From NCBI GenBank assembly GCA_001949185.1, contig BDGG01000014.1, positions 248,001-312,000 of the forward strand: 64,000 nucleotides of DNA, given 5' to 3'. The stretch comes from Ramazzottius varieornatus. Taxonomy: Eukaryota > Animalia > Tardigrada. The position numbers and the translations under genes are program-made. Below the pieces are notes generated by a model. It saw only the letters and a program-made list of their open reading frames with translations, was not told where the DNA came from and did no database searches. This document shows, piece after piece, positions 40,795 through 52,586 of the stretch; the stretch's first letter is position 1, and every line of letters begins with the position of its first letter.

Positions 40795-41147
40795 CTTCCA
40801 TATGCAGACGAACAACCATCACTGTTCTCCACCACCGCAACCATCAAATCCCAAAGATGTCATCTACGATTCAGAAATCAGAGGGAGAGGAACCAAAACG
40901 AACTTTCCGCCGGTGAGGCGCTGACTGGTACCGATTTTGCTACAGAACTAATGTGTTTGGGGTGTGACGTCAGGAACAGACTCCGTTCCGCTTCCGCAGA
41001 CACTTCTAGAAGCAGATTGATTTTAAATTTTCTTATCTTTGATTTTTCCATTCTTCAGTAATCTGAACCCTCTGCGTCTGCTAATTTCGATTTCCAGCTT
41101 TGGATGGATGCAGATCAATCCCGCATAGTTTGCGCTCTCTAAGCATC

Positions 41148-43578
41148 ATGAATGGCAAGAAGAAACGGACCGATACGGGCAGGTAAGGTAGCAACCTGGT
41201 CGAAGTGATTTTGCACAATGTGTTCGTATTCCTAAATAACAGGCGCACTTTGTCGCGTGATGCTATAGTATGTTGCGACATGCACGTGACACATCGCGCT
41301 GTCTGACGAGGAAAATTGTCTTCACAGTTCATGCTGTGCGCATTTGACCATGTTGGCGTTCTTTAGCAGGAAGTTGAATTCGGCTCTCGAGCTAGCGGTC
41401 AAGAAGCACAACTTATCTCCGGACCAACTGCTGAACGTTTTGCAGAAGAAAGGATGCCCGGAAGACGTTGCAGCCAGGCTCAGGTTTGACTGTTGCAAAT
41501 TCCAACCATGCTGCTCAACGCATAGCTTTGTCATTTGTGTAGGTCCACCATATCTCTGGGTGGATCCTCGATTCAGCTCCCAGACATCTCCAGCACCTTC
41601 GGCCTTCCCAGTAGCGATAGTTCAGGCGATGCACCACCAGATAGCCAGAAGAGCGTCGAAAGAGACTGCAGCTATCCATCGTATGCCAGTTCCTGTCAAC
41701 CGGTGCCAAATTACCTCGACTTCCTAGCTATCCTGGCCCAACAACCCGCCCGAAGTCCCACCATAACACGAGCAAATTCAACCTCTTCGAGAGAAACGCA
41801 CCATGACACTGTTCCTGAGCAGAATACCCAAGGGAACGCGTCCACTCTGACTGCTGCAGTTTCGACTGTCGCTGACGACATTCCTTCCCCTGCCATCGTA
41901 CCTTTCGACTCCTTTCCGCAACCCGAAATTCACCTTGACGTGCAAAACCACCAGCAGTATCCTTCACCTTCTGTGAACGAAGTGCAACGGTAATGTGAAT
42001 TTAAAGTATGTCGTTTTCTGTATCTGTCTCAGTGTCTCTCACGACTCTGCATACACCAAACCGTAAGTTTCTTTTGTAAGCTCGTATGCAGGTTAAGTGT
42101 GTTCTGTCTGTTTGTCTTTCATGAGCCTGCACACGGAAGCCTGTATGTTTTTCAAAGCGAATTGTATGCAGGTATGAATACTGTGCCCGATCTTGTCCTC
42201 GCTTGACGGTGGGTCGTTTTCTGGCAGGGATGATATGGTCAGTGATACGCTCGAGAGAGCAGTGGAGGCTGTGCTGTTCGGAAAGGGTATCCGAGAAGCT
42301 GCGACACTTTACAACGTCGATCGGGATCGTCTGCGCGCCACGCTGGTCGAACGAGGCTGTCAGCTGGGACCGCGGCCTTCTACATCTCCACCTGCCCCTT
42401 TTCCTCCCGTACTGGCCCATGTACCGACGCAAAGTACTGTGACATCGTCAGTAAATCAGGGTACGTCGGAAGATGTAGCCGACTTGACGGAAGACGACGA
42501 CGGTCCAACAAACTCTGAGGTAGACATGCGTCAGGCCAACTACACCGAAGTTGGCGACTGGGAACTTGAAGAAAGCGAGGTCGAAGAAACTTTGGCGGTG
42601 TATGCAGGACTTCATCAGCCCGAGATGGAAAAGATGGAAAAAGAGGAGGTTGAAGAGGTGGGGATGACGCTCAAACTTCTCGTGGCCAACCCCGCTCCCC
42701 TCGAGCCTGTGATGGCCGAAGCTTTGGAGATTCCCCATGAGGGAGAAGCAGAACAAGAAGAAGACAGTTTGGAAATACCGGAACCTCCGTAAGTTCAGGC
42801 GAACACAATCGGCGAGATCGTCGTTCCAAGTGGCGCACGCTTCCAGCCACCGACGCTGAAACGTGCGCCGCTTTGGATGGTAACTCAACAAGGTTGTCGT
42901 TGCAAGAGGCGCATGCTTTCGGCTGATCTGCCGGAAGCGTGCGTCACTTGGACAAATGTTTTTCTCTGACTGTGTTTGCCGAGTTGCCAGATGACCTGCG
43001 CTTTTGAAGATTTCAATGCTGGGTCTTTTTTCAAAAGACATCCCTCACATTTTGCTAAAAGTGTTCTGTTTTGCAGAATTCCGAAAGTGATGCAGGCTGC
43101 TATCGATGATGTAGAGTATCAAAAAATGACGGCTTTCGCGGCTGCGAAGCACCATGGAGTCTCTTACGCTTCCCTCAAGAAGCTTCTTCTGACCCGTGGC
43201 CTGATCGACCCCAAAACGCAGTTGCACCACAGGCAGATTGGCTGTTCACTGAAAGCCAAAGTGAGGAAGTTTAAACTGTGTCAGTCACAACATAAATCCA
43301 GAGTGGCTAGAACCCTCAGTAAGAGACTACGCGTAATCACCAAAGTCATTCAGGAATTACGCCCAAAATCCCAACGAACTAAGAGGCGTCCCACGAGACT
43401 GATCATCGAGCAGGAAACAGAAGGGAAGGTTGAAGTGGACGAACGGGAGATCGAAGGTATTGTGGAAGTGAGGACGGTGCGGCAGTATCTGGTGAAATGG
43501 CAGGGGGAAACGGAGCCGGCCTGGGTTGATGACAGTCTGTTTGAGGGGCTGAAACGTGCTGTCCCTCTCCAAGAATGA
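41148..43578 (+). CDS. Nuclear protein with psq-type HTH repeats and a C-terminal chromodomain-like module; start tentative
   Basis: Phase-consistent exons ~41370-41482, 41543-41989, 42228-42788 and 43077-43578. They encode LERAVEAVLFGKGIREAATLYNVDRDRL and MQAAIDDVEYQKMTAFAAAKHHGVSYASL (psq-like), an acidic linker, and EREIEGIVEVRTVRQYLVKWQGETEPAWV (chromo-like). Confidence 0.7.
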
Positions 43579-44785
43579 TGTCCCAATTTTCTTCTTGTTA
43601 GTTCTTTCGCTGTGCAACGTTACTAGGTTTTCTGCATTGATCCTCATTACGACTGAAGCGCTCAGAAACTGACTTTGCTAGCTTTCCTCTCTACGGCTAT
43701 TGTTATTTATTCCTTATTTATATTTATGCTGGAGAAGCGGAAGTCCGCTGACACGTGCAGTACCGTGTGGTTGCAGTTGGTTCGAAATTCCAGTACATTT
43801 TTCAGTCTAATGCTGTTTTTTTGTTTGCTCAAGGTCGTGGTTTACTTATGAGCGCACTCGTGATGGTGGTCCATGACAAGACTTGGCTGTGGAAAACTAA
43901 CGAACCGCTATCAGGCGTTTGTAATGAGAATTGTTTGGTCTACGACTGTACGTGGGCTGAGAGACTTGGACTTTTGGCGGTTTCAGAGTTGCCGGGAAGG
44001 GGGAAGCGGCTTGTTTTGCCGCCTTGTGATTGTCTCCAAGATGGATGATGTCAGAAGCTTAAGGCGGGTTGGTCAGCGGTAAGAGGAGGCGGAGAATCCA
44101 TCAACGGCCTTGGCGATACCTACTGTGAGCCTACGTAATTAACTGCAGCTGATGTCGAACTATGACAGCGTTCCAACTTCTAAGCAAGTTTACATACGGG
44201 TCCGCAAGTTGACCAAGTGTTGTACATGCCGGTTTGCCTGTAAGCAAGTCTTCTCGGCAGAAGTTCATTACTCATCGTTGGCGATCCGCTCGAAACTTTG
44301 TCCGCCCCTCCTCCTGCATTTTACTCTGTGTATTTTTTGTTGGTGAAAGTTCGATATATCGATTGACGCGTCGTGGTTCATGGGTGTCGTCTTTGATCGG
44401 TGTCTCACAATTGAACTTGCGACTAATATAAATGCGCAAGGTTTCCCGCTACTTTGGACGTTCGACGCTCCGGTGACGTTTATGGCATCGATGTCGCGAT
44501 GTCGCGTCAGCTAGCAATCAATGCTACAACAATACTACTTCGTTTAGGGGAAATCGGGCACAGAGCGACGGGATATGTCCTGCGTGCACTCAGTTGCGTC
44601 TTGTTTGTTCGATGTGTAAGAGCGACGTTTTTTGCTCGACAACCTAGCTGACTTTTGATCACAAGCTGCGATGCGCTTTCGAGTCTTCCCGAGAGCTTTG
44701 ATCTGTCTCGGTCTAATCACTCTAATGTGAACTTTGGGAAAAGGGTCGTTGATAAATCCATTGTCATCGCGTGGTGCAGGCGCCA

Positions 44786-47700
44786 ATGTGCCAAAATTGC
44801 CAGCTGGTTTTGGTTTCCTTGTTGTTGCAGACGATGATAGCATCGTTAGGTCACGCTGATCAGCTGAGTAACCATACTTACTCGGGTTTCAAAACGCCTT
44901 CAAGCCCTCGAGTGCACTTTGTAGCCTTTGTGGCCTATTATGGACCATTTGTTATCCCGGCGATTCATGTGGCCATTAAGGGTGCTTCCAGAGGCAACGC
45001 TAACGTCACTTTCACATATTCAACTCTCTCCAATCCTGGTGACCCCAGCTGTGACCAGTTTAACGGACTGGTCACTAATTACCTGGCCAATTACTATTAC
45101 AAGCTGCAGGAGCAACCCGACGTTTACCTGATCGTTCTTGCCACAGGTGCGTAGCCTAGCATATGTAAAACCGCCATCTTGTTGCAGTGCTTGATGGGAA
45201 AGTAGTTCCACAGCGACCACAAATTGAAAAGCTATCAAGTCCCTCCAAAATCGACGTCAAGGAAAATCGATTTTCCCCCGAGGGTCGAAACAGATCAAAC
45301 AATCGAAACTGCGAATCTCGACACCTTGCGAAAGCATCTGCGAGGAACACTCTTAACAGAAACGTGAAGATCGGTTATGACAAGTATACAGGACAAATGA
45401 GGCTGTCCGCCACCGGTTGTCACTAATTCCAAACTGTTCAAAACACGGCTTCTTCGTCGAGCTGAACAAGACAATCGGACGATCGGCCAGCCGGTCGAGT
45501 GGACAGCCTTAGTTTCTGTCGGTGTCTTTTTAGGCTGCAGTACAGCGACCGCAGGGATAGCCGATTTAGCTCGAGGTGAGGAAGGATCTGTTGCCGTTTA
45601 CGCATTACCATTGACGATACCGTTTTTGTCTTTATGCAGAGTGGGATATTCCCATTGTTGTGAGGTAAATAGGATGGCTTAAGCATTTGCTGCAAAGAAA
45701 GGCTTTGAGGATTTGCCTTGTTTTTGCCCCCTGTAGTGCGGGGACGGGGAACGAGCTGCGTGATAAGAGGCGCTATCCGTCGTTGGTGGGTTTCATGCCG
45801 GCGGACTACGGGGCCTACTCGCACGTCTTTCGCCACCTGATGGACTGGTACAAGTGGAGAACCGTCTCCATCATTTGCGACCCCATGGCTTCTGAAATGG
45901 CCGGTTCCTACTACGCCAATGAGTATCGCGGTATGTGTGATTCCTGGGCCAGGATTCTCAGTCCCAAGTACACTGTCTTCGCCTTGACGGCCAATCTTAC
46001 CTCCAGCGCATCCAGGAAAAATGCTCTCATACAAGCTAGAGCCCAATGCCGAGGTACGTCGACGTCTCCTTCAGGTCTACCAAACACTGGCGCCGATGGC
46101 TTTCAGCTTTAGATTTGTGCTGTTTTCAGTTATTGTGATCATAACTCATATGGATCGCCTCCGACAAACCATGGTGAGACCTTGTTTAAAGCTGCAATGA
46201 TTGTTTCGGAAACCAACACAAATCATAGTGAAAACGCCTAGATTGCGACCACTCTTCATGGCCTGAACTTGTACAGGTGGAAGCGTATCGGAGGAACATG
46301 ACGTCTCCAGATTTCGTGCGTAACCAGATTTAGTTGAATTAACAAATTAAACAACAAAGTCGAAGCTCTTAAGATTTTGCAACAATAAACGATCATCAGT
46401 TTCCTGTGGCCATCACTAGGTTTACATGTCTTTCTGCACATACAACGTACCGGACAGCTTTCAAGGAACCCCGCACTGGAAGCGAAATGACATTCTAGAC
46501 ACGGTAAGCCAAACATGGATTATAAACAACACGCTGTAGACTTTATATTAGCATTGTAATTATTATCCACAAAGAAACGGGTAGAACCACGTGGGATCAC
46601 CTGCTGAACAATGGCCTTGCTGGGCTCAGTCTCGGATTCCCCATAGGAAACGACATGTTGACATAAGAGGGAACACAAAGGGCAGGTTTGGCCCCTGCGC
46701 CCCCGCCCTTCCACCCCTTCTTTTTGCCGAGGCTCAGGATTAAGCATGGGTTACTTCGGACCTATCGAGCAAGATTGTTAAATATACTCGCGTTCCCTTG
46801 GACTATAGCTCGGCACTAACCCGAGTCATTAAGCAGTAGGCTAGCCCTAGGCTACCAACGAAGGATGGAAGAGTTGAGGGTGAAGAGGCTAAACCTTTCT
46901 CCAAAAACCCTACCTTTGTCGCTCTGGATCTCCTTTTCTATGGGAATTCGAGGCCGACAACAGCAACACTTTTGATCAGAAAGTTTTTACGTGGTTCTGT
47001 CCGATTTTCTTCGGTGCCGCGTGTTTGATCAAAAAGAATCGTTCTCGGGTTTCTTGGACATGAAACTTGAATTTTTTCAAATTAAGAAATTCAAATTAGA
47101 ATTTGTTTTTTCCAGGAAGCTGGGTTGGCGTTCGAAAGTCTGCTGATTATCACACTGGCCCATCCGCCGGTCTCTGTGGGACTGCAGTCGTACTACGAAG
47201 CCGTACTGAATGCGTCACGTGAATTATTCAACAAGTCTCAACCAATAACCGATAATGTACATCTTTTCACAGCCTTGTTGTCCATCCAACACCACCTAAT
47301 GGATCTTTTTCTTCAAGGGCAAAATATTCGGTATCTCGGCGCACACGGCGGTGCACGTAACAGCGCAAGTTTTGGCCGAGAAGCAGGAAGTAGACATCCT
47401 GCGAGATGGCAGTTCTTTCGCCAAATCGACGAGGAACCGAGCGTTTCCCTCGGTGGATGGGCAGTGCAAGCTCAACGCCAAAGGAGACCGGGATAGTCTG
47501 TATGCCGTGATCGGCATTACGCATGAAACTGGGCAAATTGAGGTGGCAGATTGCTTTGTAAACTTCATAGGAAAAATGCCAAGAAGTTCTCGTTCCTACC
47601 CCGCTTTCCAGACGAATTATCATAATACAGTATCATGAGACATTGCCCAGCTGCACGTTTCGGTTCAGTCACACAAATGGGTATCGGGTGTCGGTATAGA

Positions 47701-49193
47701 AGGCTCGGCGAAGCTAATATAAGCCGTTTTAACCGTTCTTAGCGGTGGCCAAGAATGTTTTAGCCGCGGCTAAAGCTGCTAGAATACTTTTAGCCACGGC
47801 TAGGAACGGCTAAGGCGGCTNNNNNNNNNNNNNNNNNNNNNNNNNNNNNNNNNNNNNNNNNNNNNNNNNNCCTTCTATAGGTATCGGCCTCCCAAGTTGG
47901 GGACAATCATCCACCGACCAAGTTGTACAGGAATAAAGTTCAAAATGTTGGTAGCCTACGGGTGAGGCTAAGGTGACATCGCAGTCCGATATATCAAAAA
48001 TCAAGGAACAGAAATCCGAAGTCTGCTTGAAGGTCTGACCAATGATCCGACGGCTGTGATAGGAACATCTCAAGGGGTTGCAGTTTGTGACTTGCAAAAT
48101 TTTTGCGTCGGAATGGCCTCATGCAGCGAAAAAATGCACATGCATCCGATTTTCGACATCAAACCCTGATGTGGGAGTGTATCAGCTGTGGTATTCACCC
48201 CTGTCATTCTCGAGAATATCTACCTGAAAGAGCAAACAGTTTTCTTAAGCTTCAAGGCGTGGCGAAGCGTGGCGAGCTTACCATCCGATGCCCGTAAATA
48301 TCCTAAAGCATTCCGTGTCAGAAAAGGCTCATTTGCGGTGTCTGAAAAGTTTGTCCCCAAATTGGGCCGCCGATACCCAAATGTTTTTCCCCTATTTTTT
48401 CAGGCAGTTCTGCTGTTCGATTCGTTCGAGAAAAGATTGTATGCGGCACCAGGAACGTCTTGGACGCGAAACACCAACGTTCCTTTGGATCGGCCTGCCT
48501 GTGGCTACCGTGATGACGAAGGACTCTGCAATGGAGGTGAGTGGCTCGCTGATACTGCACACGCACGATGAGAAAGTTTGGAACAGGTGATTCCGAAACA
48601 GCGGAAGTTCGTTCGTACGTACGTATGCAATTAATACCAATTCACTTTTTTACAATTTTCTACGGCTGAATACTGAGCTTTTCCGCCTGTTCCAAACTTT
48701 CCCTTCGCGCGTGTATACTGTAATGCTTCATGAACTTCGCGAAGCACGTGATCATACGCGTGCAGTTGAACCCCGGTCCGAAATTTTGCCCTACCAACCC
48801 CCTAAGGGATGTTTCGCGAAGTTCATGAAGCATTACAGTACAGCACGTGGAGGCCTTGAGACTGGATGGGTTGTCAAGTGCGGGATTTCGGCAGCAGATG
48901 GCTTCTCGTCCTCCGCCGTCGCTGGGTCTACGATGGCTACTTGCTTCATCCTGGTAGGGGTACTTGCAGGTGGCAGCGTTGTCGTCATGAGGTGCGGAAC
49001 GTAGAACAGACAACTAGGGACACTACCATACTGGCTGGTATGCATTTTGGTTCATGTTTGAAGTTTCGTTTGCAGAAGATGGCGTGCGCAGCACATTTAC
49101 TTATCACTCCTCCTGGACTCCAGCGCTTTTGTGTTTCCTGCAGCACTACCAGAAAACACAGCGTTTTCAAGATCTTTTTACCAAAGATTTTAG
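44786..49193 (+). CDS. Natriuretic-peptide-receptor/receptor-guanylyl-cyclase-like ectodomain (PBP type 1) + TM + short tail, copy 1
   Basis: Signal peptide, PAIHVAI, EWDIPIV, LRDKRRYPS, WYKWRTVSIICD, VEAYRRNMTSPDF, LNAKGDRD, PLDRPACGYRDD, TM TCFILVGVLAGGSVVVM, then a ~38-aa tail and stop. The gene spans the N gap within an intron. Confidence 0.75.
47821..47870. other. Assembly gap (50 N)
   Basis: Run of n, preceded by short repeated palindromic TTAGCCGCGGCTAA-like units. Confidence 1.
48718..48838. mobile_element. 121-bp MITE (TA TSD, 26-bp perfect TIR)
   Basis: TA-CTGTAATGCTTCATGAACTTCGCGAA ... TTCGCGAAGTTCATGAAGCATTACAG-TA, located in an intron. Confidence 0.85.
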
Positions 49194-49324
49194 GCGGATC
49201 AGCAGCTCTGGTCTTGCCGACCCGGCTGCACTGAATTTCAACGTCATGAATACTTTGCTCTGGCGCTTTCCGTGAGAAGATGCGGTGCGTCCCTGCCGGT
49301 GATAGCTCAATGCTTTTGAGGCTA

Positions 49325-49665
49325 CGAGGTAAACGACATAATTCTGGCATACTCGATTTTCGCCCCGTAATTCGGGCAACGCGAAAAGTTTGAACATTAT
49401 CATCATCGCTTGCTTCTTCTCTCATCGTACGCCTGTTGATACAACATTAGGCTTTTTGACATCGGACAGACCCATCCCTCTCCCAGGTCAAATTCCCGTG
49501 CTCCACAACGCTTTGTCGTTCTCAAACCTATTGAAACCTCGAGGAGAGTGATCAGTCTACCTCAGGAAACAAGAAGCGATTCGCTACGCGCAGCAAGAGC
49601 TGAGAAAAAATATGCCCGAATTACGAGTGAGAAACCACTATGCCCGAATTATGTCGTTTACCTCG
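49325..49665. mobile_element. mariner-like MITE (TA TSD)
   Basis: TA-CGAGGTAAACGACATAATTC ... GAATTATGTCGTTTACCTCG-TA, with subterminal TAATTCGGGCA repeats. Confidence 0.8.
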
Positions 49666-50128
49666 TACCTGAAGCTATAAAGTGGGTACTATCATTCAGG
49701 AACTAACTTTTTTGCGGTTTCTCAAATTTTTCAGGAGACTCATCTTTCGTTTTCGCGCTCAAGTGTCCAACTGAGGGTATTCATGCCTGTCCACAGAGAA
49801 TTTAATGGGCTATCAACCGTGTGTGATACATTTTACGTCCATCATCCGGGTACAAAGCTAGGGAGGAAGTAGACTGACAAGGAAATCCAGTATTGCATTT
49901 GTTTACGAGCGTGCCGCGAAACGTCATGTGCAGACGTAGAGTCGAACTTCGGTCCGGTTATGATACCTCAGCAATCCCGCCGGCGATTTATAACGTAAAT
50001 GATGACGTCGAGGGCATGCTCGTAAGCATGAGTGCGCATTCGGCACAAGGGAAAAACATATGATTTGAAATACTGAATCTTTCTCGTCATACTGTCACCC
50101 AGTCATTTCTTTTCTGATCTGCCGTATA

Positions 50129-50697
50129 CAGTGCGGCCCCGCCAAGTTTGTGCAAGAGTTGAAAGTTTTTGTGCAGTTTTGAAAAAATCGCTCCTGTCCT
50201 TCGGCCAAAGGTATTCCGTTCGAAATCAGTTCAGATGCAAGCAAACGCATCTGACTTTCTGACTAATCACAGTTTCAGGTCCACTCTTAATTTCTACGCC
50301 GAAACGAAATTTTTGAAATAATCAGGGTTTCCCGGTAAACCCGAAAATTTCGGACAGAACGTTCGGTTGCCTTTCGGGATTGAATAGTAGATTATTCTCT
50401 TCAGCCTCGTCGGACATCCTAAACCCTGGCTCATCACTTGCGGCCAATTTGGTCTCTGGAGATCGACTGTGGGGACCTGTAGAAAAATATTCGTTTATGG
50501 TTGGGAACTCTCATTACCGCCAACAGCTCAAATCGAGTTTGCGAAACGACCGTTGCCGATAGAACAGCAACCCCCATCTCAAAAAAGGCAGCATAAGCTA
50601 ATGATTGGACTTCAATGATTGGTTTGGAGGAAAAACTTGATCTGAATCTTTCACAAGACCTAGGATTGAGTTGCACAAACTTGGCGGGGCCGTACTG
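50129..50697. mobile_element. Tc1/mariner-type MITE (TA TSD)
   Basis: TA-CAGTGCGGCCCCGCCAAGTTTGTGCAA ... TTGCACAAACTTGGCGGGGCCGTACTG-TA. Confidence 0.85.
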
Positions 50698-51216
50698 TAG
50701 TACTACCAGATAGCTCGAATGTTGTCTACGACCTCACGTCAAGAACGCGAGGTTCAAGGGAATCGCGTAAACGTGAGTTTCTATAAACGTGTGTCTTTAA
50801 ACGTGTGTATTCCTAATAATCCATTCCTTTTTGTATTCCGTTCCTTTCCAGGAATTTCTGTCCGTTTCAAGTGGTATGGATTTGGAACGATGGAAATCCC
50901 GTTTCAGAAAACTGGCAAAGTCTGGAAATTTACTAGGAATTCCGCTATTTTCCATATTCTGCGAACAGAGTGAGCGTCTTACTTCATTAAATGTCTATCG
51001 AAATCTCACAAAGGTGTGCTCCATTGGACGCACTATCAATTTCTACTGCGTGACGGAAAACAGGAATATATGAATATTAGAAATTCCTGTCCTGTTTCTC
51101 CTTCCAGGAGGGTTTGGCCTGGAATGCACAATCTTATCTACTGTACTTGACAGTAACCCATGTATTCGCTTTAAATTGCATTTATTCAAAGATCGTGGAA
51201 GTACCCCTTTTAGCTA

Positions 51217-51681
51217 AGGATGAGCATCCCGCCTGACCTTCTCCCTGGAATGAATTCGGAGCTGAAATTCTGAATTCCGTTCCGTCCTATTTTCCATTTT
51301 CCAAAACGGCCAGATCAAGAATCGGAATTTAAGTGTTGTATCACATAAGCAAAAAACCAGCCAGAAGCTCGAATTGGACCCGGCTGACGTTTTCCCAAAT
51401 GACGCACGCGTTGTGCCGCTCACCTGCGCCACTTCGGAAAATATTCTTGTCGAATTTGCTTGACGAGCTTTTGGTCACCGAGTGGAACTGCAGCGATTGT
51501 CGCAAAAGCAGCAAATTCGCTGTGGAAACTGAGTTTTTACAAGCGGAATTCCGGTCTGACTGGCACAGTACAGTACTCCGATTCGGAATTCCAGCGCTTC
51601 AGGTCAAGCTCAGCCGGAAAGGACCGGAATTCCTGTTTTCCAGGCGGGATTAGGAACGGGGCAAAAGCGGAATGCGCATCT
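51217..51681. mobile_element. Degenerate MITE rich in GGAATTCC motifs
   Basis: Ends TAAGGATGAGCATCCCGC / GCGGAATGCGCATCTTTA form an imperfect inverted repeat. A similar motif-rich block lies at ~50800-51135. Confidence 0.4.
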
Positions 51682-52586
51682 TTATACTGTAAGCTGCTAC
51701 AGATTATTCACTGACGATGCTTGAATTATTTGGGCGTATCTCTTTACAGGAACAAGGAATTGGCGGGGAGATGAAAAGGAGCTGTACTGCACCAGTCTGA
51801 TGCGGCACACACTTGGCAGACAATCAGCTGTCCCGAAAGCCCTCAAACCTTGGACATGCGTCGAACATCAAGGCAGAGGCTCTATTCAGCTGGTTGAGTG
51901 GTTTATTTCTTGAATCTTTGATGTCATCCTGCTCGAAGTCAGCATGTCATACAGTCCGACCATCTGTGCTTCACACTCTACGGCCATACTTTTTGCCACG
52001 CTTTTGTATGCGTACTATAATAGTACAGTCCGCTCGCTCGAGATCCATACACTGCCTTCCGAATTCATTTTGAGGCCCGCTATAGACTCACCACACAGCA
52101 TGCCAAGCTTAGGGCCAAAATTACATAACACATGCCCTACAGTGCCTACACCGTACTTTAACTGGCGTGATCAAGTAAACAAGTCGCTTGTGTCCGGCTG
52201 TGTTGGCATGGCGAGCAGTATCGTTAACCTTGCATGATCTTCCCATTTTGGAATCAGAAAAAATTGTACGGATCTCGAGCGAGTGGACTGTATGACGATT
52301 GCGGTGAAATATCCCACCACCTGCAAGGGCTGTTAGCCTCCCTGTCACTCTCGTAACTCGCATCGGTACGAGCTCGTACCCGGAACAATTAGGGCCTCGT
52401 GATGATGCGCGAGGGACCGGATGAATTCGTTCAGCCACTCGATCTAATTACCGCTCCGAGGTACGTATTCCAGTTTGATAGTAGAGGCGGGTATTTTCTT
52501 GAAACCTGTGGGAAGTTATACATCCGAAACCTTTTATCTGTGTCTACCGAAAATATGAATGTTGTCACACTGTTCCTCCAGACATT

